Positions 62,311 through 64,000 of a DNA stretch of 64,000 bases are shown piece by piece. A model generated the notes under the pieces. It was given only the letters and a program-made list of their open reading frames with translations, was not told the origin of the DNA and did no database searches. Origin of the DNA: Candidatus Dadabacteria bacterium (GTDB lineage: Bacteria > Desulfobacterota_D > UBA1144 > Nemesobacterales > CSP1-2). The translations under genes and the position numbers were made by a program. Location of the stretch: the NCBI GenBank assembly GCA_963805855.1, contig CAWDVW010000005.1, forward strand, positions 704,001-768,000, given 5' to 3'. Each line of letters opens with the position of its first letter. Within the stretch, counting starts at the first letter, position 1.

Positions 62311-63999
62311 ATGAAACGTCGGAAGAATCAGGGCAAATTCCTGGTGAAGAGGATCTCGGGAAAGGCGCTGACGGATGCAATGATAATCGGTTCTATCTTG
62401 TTCGCATTAGTTGCTCTGCTCGCTCCTAAGTCAGAGACTGCCATCGCCCAGACGAGCCCTGGAATTCCACAGGCAATCACCACGCCGGACCAGGTCGAAA
62501 CACGGATCGGCAGTCTTGAGTTCAAGGATGGCGTGCCGAGCGAGGAGACTGCCGAGAAGGTACGCGACACCTTGGACTTCACCCGCGCCCTGAATGCGTA
62601 CAACAACAGTTTCCGCGGCGCATCGGCGTATGCAATCGCGGAGGGCTTTCAGAGCATCGGCGCCGAGGACAACACGGTGGTCATCTTCTCCGAGCTGATG
62701 GATTCGAAATCGCTGTTCCTTACGGCCAACGCCGACACCGTCTATTACCTGGCCGTGGTGAATTTAACGAAGGGGCCGATGGTGGTCGAACAGCCGCCGA
62801 AGAGCCTTGGCACCATCAACGACATGTGGTTTTCGTGGATCATCGACATCGGGTTCCCCGGCCCCGACCGAGGCGAAGGAGGCAAATACCTGCTCGTGCC
62901 GCCAGGCTATGACGGCCCGTTGCCGGACAGCGGATTCCACGTCGCGCACTCGAGCACGAATCGTGTCCTGTACGCTGCTCGCGCTTACCTCACGGACAAT
63001 GATCCGACGGCGACCGTCGAGATGATTAAGAAGACGATCAAGATTTACCCGTACACGCCGGGGGGCTACGGCACAAGCATAGCGACGGCGCTCGATGGCA
63101 AGGTCCGGATCGCAAAGAACCCGCCGATTCCCGAGATCAAGTTCGTCGAAGCGAGCGGCAAATCTTTCAACACGATCCCTCCCAGCGACTACACGTTCTT
63201 CGACATGATCAATGAGAACGTGCAACAGGAACCGGCTACCAGTTACGACGTCGAACTCGCCGGGCAACTGGCCGCCATCGGCATCGTGAAGGGCAAGCCG
63301 TTCGAGCCGGATGAACGGATGAAAAAGATCCTCACCGACGCGGCAGCCGTGGGCAACGCCGCCAGTCGCGTGCTGAACTGGCGCTTCAGCGTGTTGCATC
63401 CTGAATGGTCGTACTACCCCGGCTCGATGTGGGGCAACATGCTCTGGGAAGGAGGAGCCTTCTTCGAGACGCCTCCGCCGATGGTTACCAAGGAGGGCTT
63501 TTTCAAACCGCTTCCGCCTACTGGCGCACGGACCCTCGACTCGCGGACGGCGTTTTACTACGCCTATACCCTCGACTCTCCGGGTATGATCATGCGAATT
63601 CCCGACATCGGCTCGCAGTATCTCATGGGCTTTCTGGACGCGGACAAGAATCCCCTCGACGGCGCCAAGACGTACAAGGTGACGCTTCCGCCAAACATTC
63701 CCGCGGGCAAGTTCTGGTCTTTCACGCTGTACGATAACCAGTCGCGCTCAATGCTCGACACCCCGCAGCGCTACCCGCGCGCGGGCAGCCAGAGTTATCC
63801 CTCGCCGTCCGCCGAACCGAACGCTGACGGCTCCACGACAGTTTACTTCAGTCCGACGCAGCCCGAAAGCGTGAAGCGGGGCAATTGGATTCAGACCGAT
63901 TCGAAGAAGGGCTGGTTCACGATTTTGCGTCTCTACAGCCCGCTCGAACCCTTCTTCACGAAGAAATGGAGGCCGAGCGAGATCGAACTAGTAAGGTGA
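62311..63999 (+). CDS. DUF1254/DUF1214 domain exported protein
   Basis: LTANADTVY, GPD.G.GGKYL.VPP, FWS.TLYD, N.DGS..VYF, NWI.T, LRLYSP; SD AGGAGG before ATG 62311. Confidence 0.88.
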   Translation: MKRRKNQGKFLVKRISGKALTDAMIIGSILFALVALLAPKSETAIAQTSPGIPQAITTPDQVETRIGSLEFKDGVPSEETAEKVRDTLDFTRALNAYNNSFRGASAYAIAEGFQSIGAEDNTVVIFSELMDSKSLFLTANADTVYYLAVVNLTKGPMVVEQPPKSLGTINDMWFSWIIDIGFPGPDRGEGGKYLLVPPGYDGPLPDSGFHVAHSSTNRVLYAARAYLTDNDPTATVEMIKKTIKIYPYTPGGYGTSIATALDGKVRIAKNPPIPEIKFVEASGKSFNTIPPSDYTFFDMINENVQQEPATSYDVELAGQLAAIGIVKGKPFEPDERMKKILTDAAAVGNAASRVLNWRFSVLHPEWSYYPGSMWGNMLWEGGAFFETPPPMVTKEGFFKPLPPTGARTLDSRTAFYYAYTLDSPGMIMRIPDIGSQYLMGFLDADKNPLDGAKTYKVTLPPNIPAGKFWSFTLYDNQSRSMLDTPQRYPRAGSQSYPSPSAEPNADGSTTVYFSPTQPESVKRGNWIQTDSKKGWFTILRLYSPLEPFFTKKWRPSEIELVR

Positions 64000-64000
64000 G

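Noticed and set aside
58523-63761. Many alternative ORFs of 60-228 aa overlapping the sulfatase and DUF1254 genes
   Set aside because: Expected stop-poor shadows of high-GC coding sequence; no recognisable motifs

Overview
Bacterial chromosomal window, AT-rich for most of its length. The gene content is Deltaproteobacteria/Desulfobacterota-like; this taxonomic call is only an inference. It is mostly housekeeping genes (fmt, nadK, prfB, aroC, queA, argG, pgeF, RluA-family synthase, mnmG, tRNA-Arg(CCG), leuS, thiE, thrC, acyP, rsmA). Embedded in these are a small accessory block (12.4-16.6 kb), a type IV pilin + ABC transporter + GT9 locus (26-31.5 kb), an FZL-type dynamin next to a very Phe-rich exported protein, and a GC-mosaic envelope/sulfatase/DUF1254 cluster (55.4-64 kb). 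Many intergenic regions hold several families of REP-like palindromes. The most notable sequence-level signals are: two candidate small RNAs flanking pilA that share a GCCAUCCYCC motif; a REP palindrome inserted in frame into leuS; a non-canonical GTT-TGA prfB frameshift site; and a UDG stop codon lying inside a tRNA. Two genes carry indels that may be assembly errors. No CRISPR, rRNA, integrase or transposase is visible. All product calls come from motif recognition by eye; no database searches were run.
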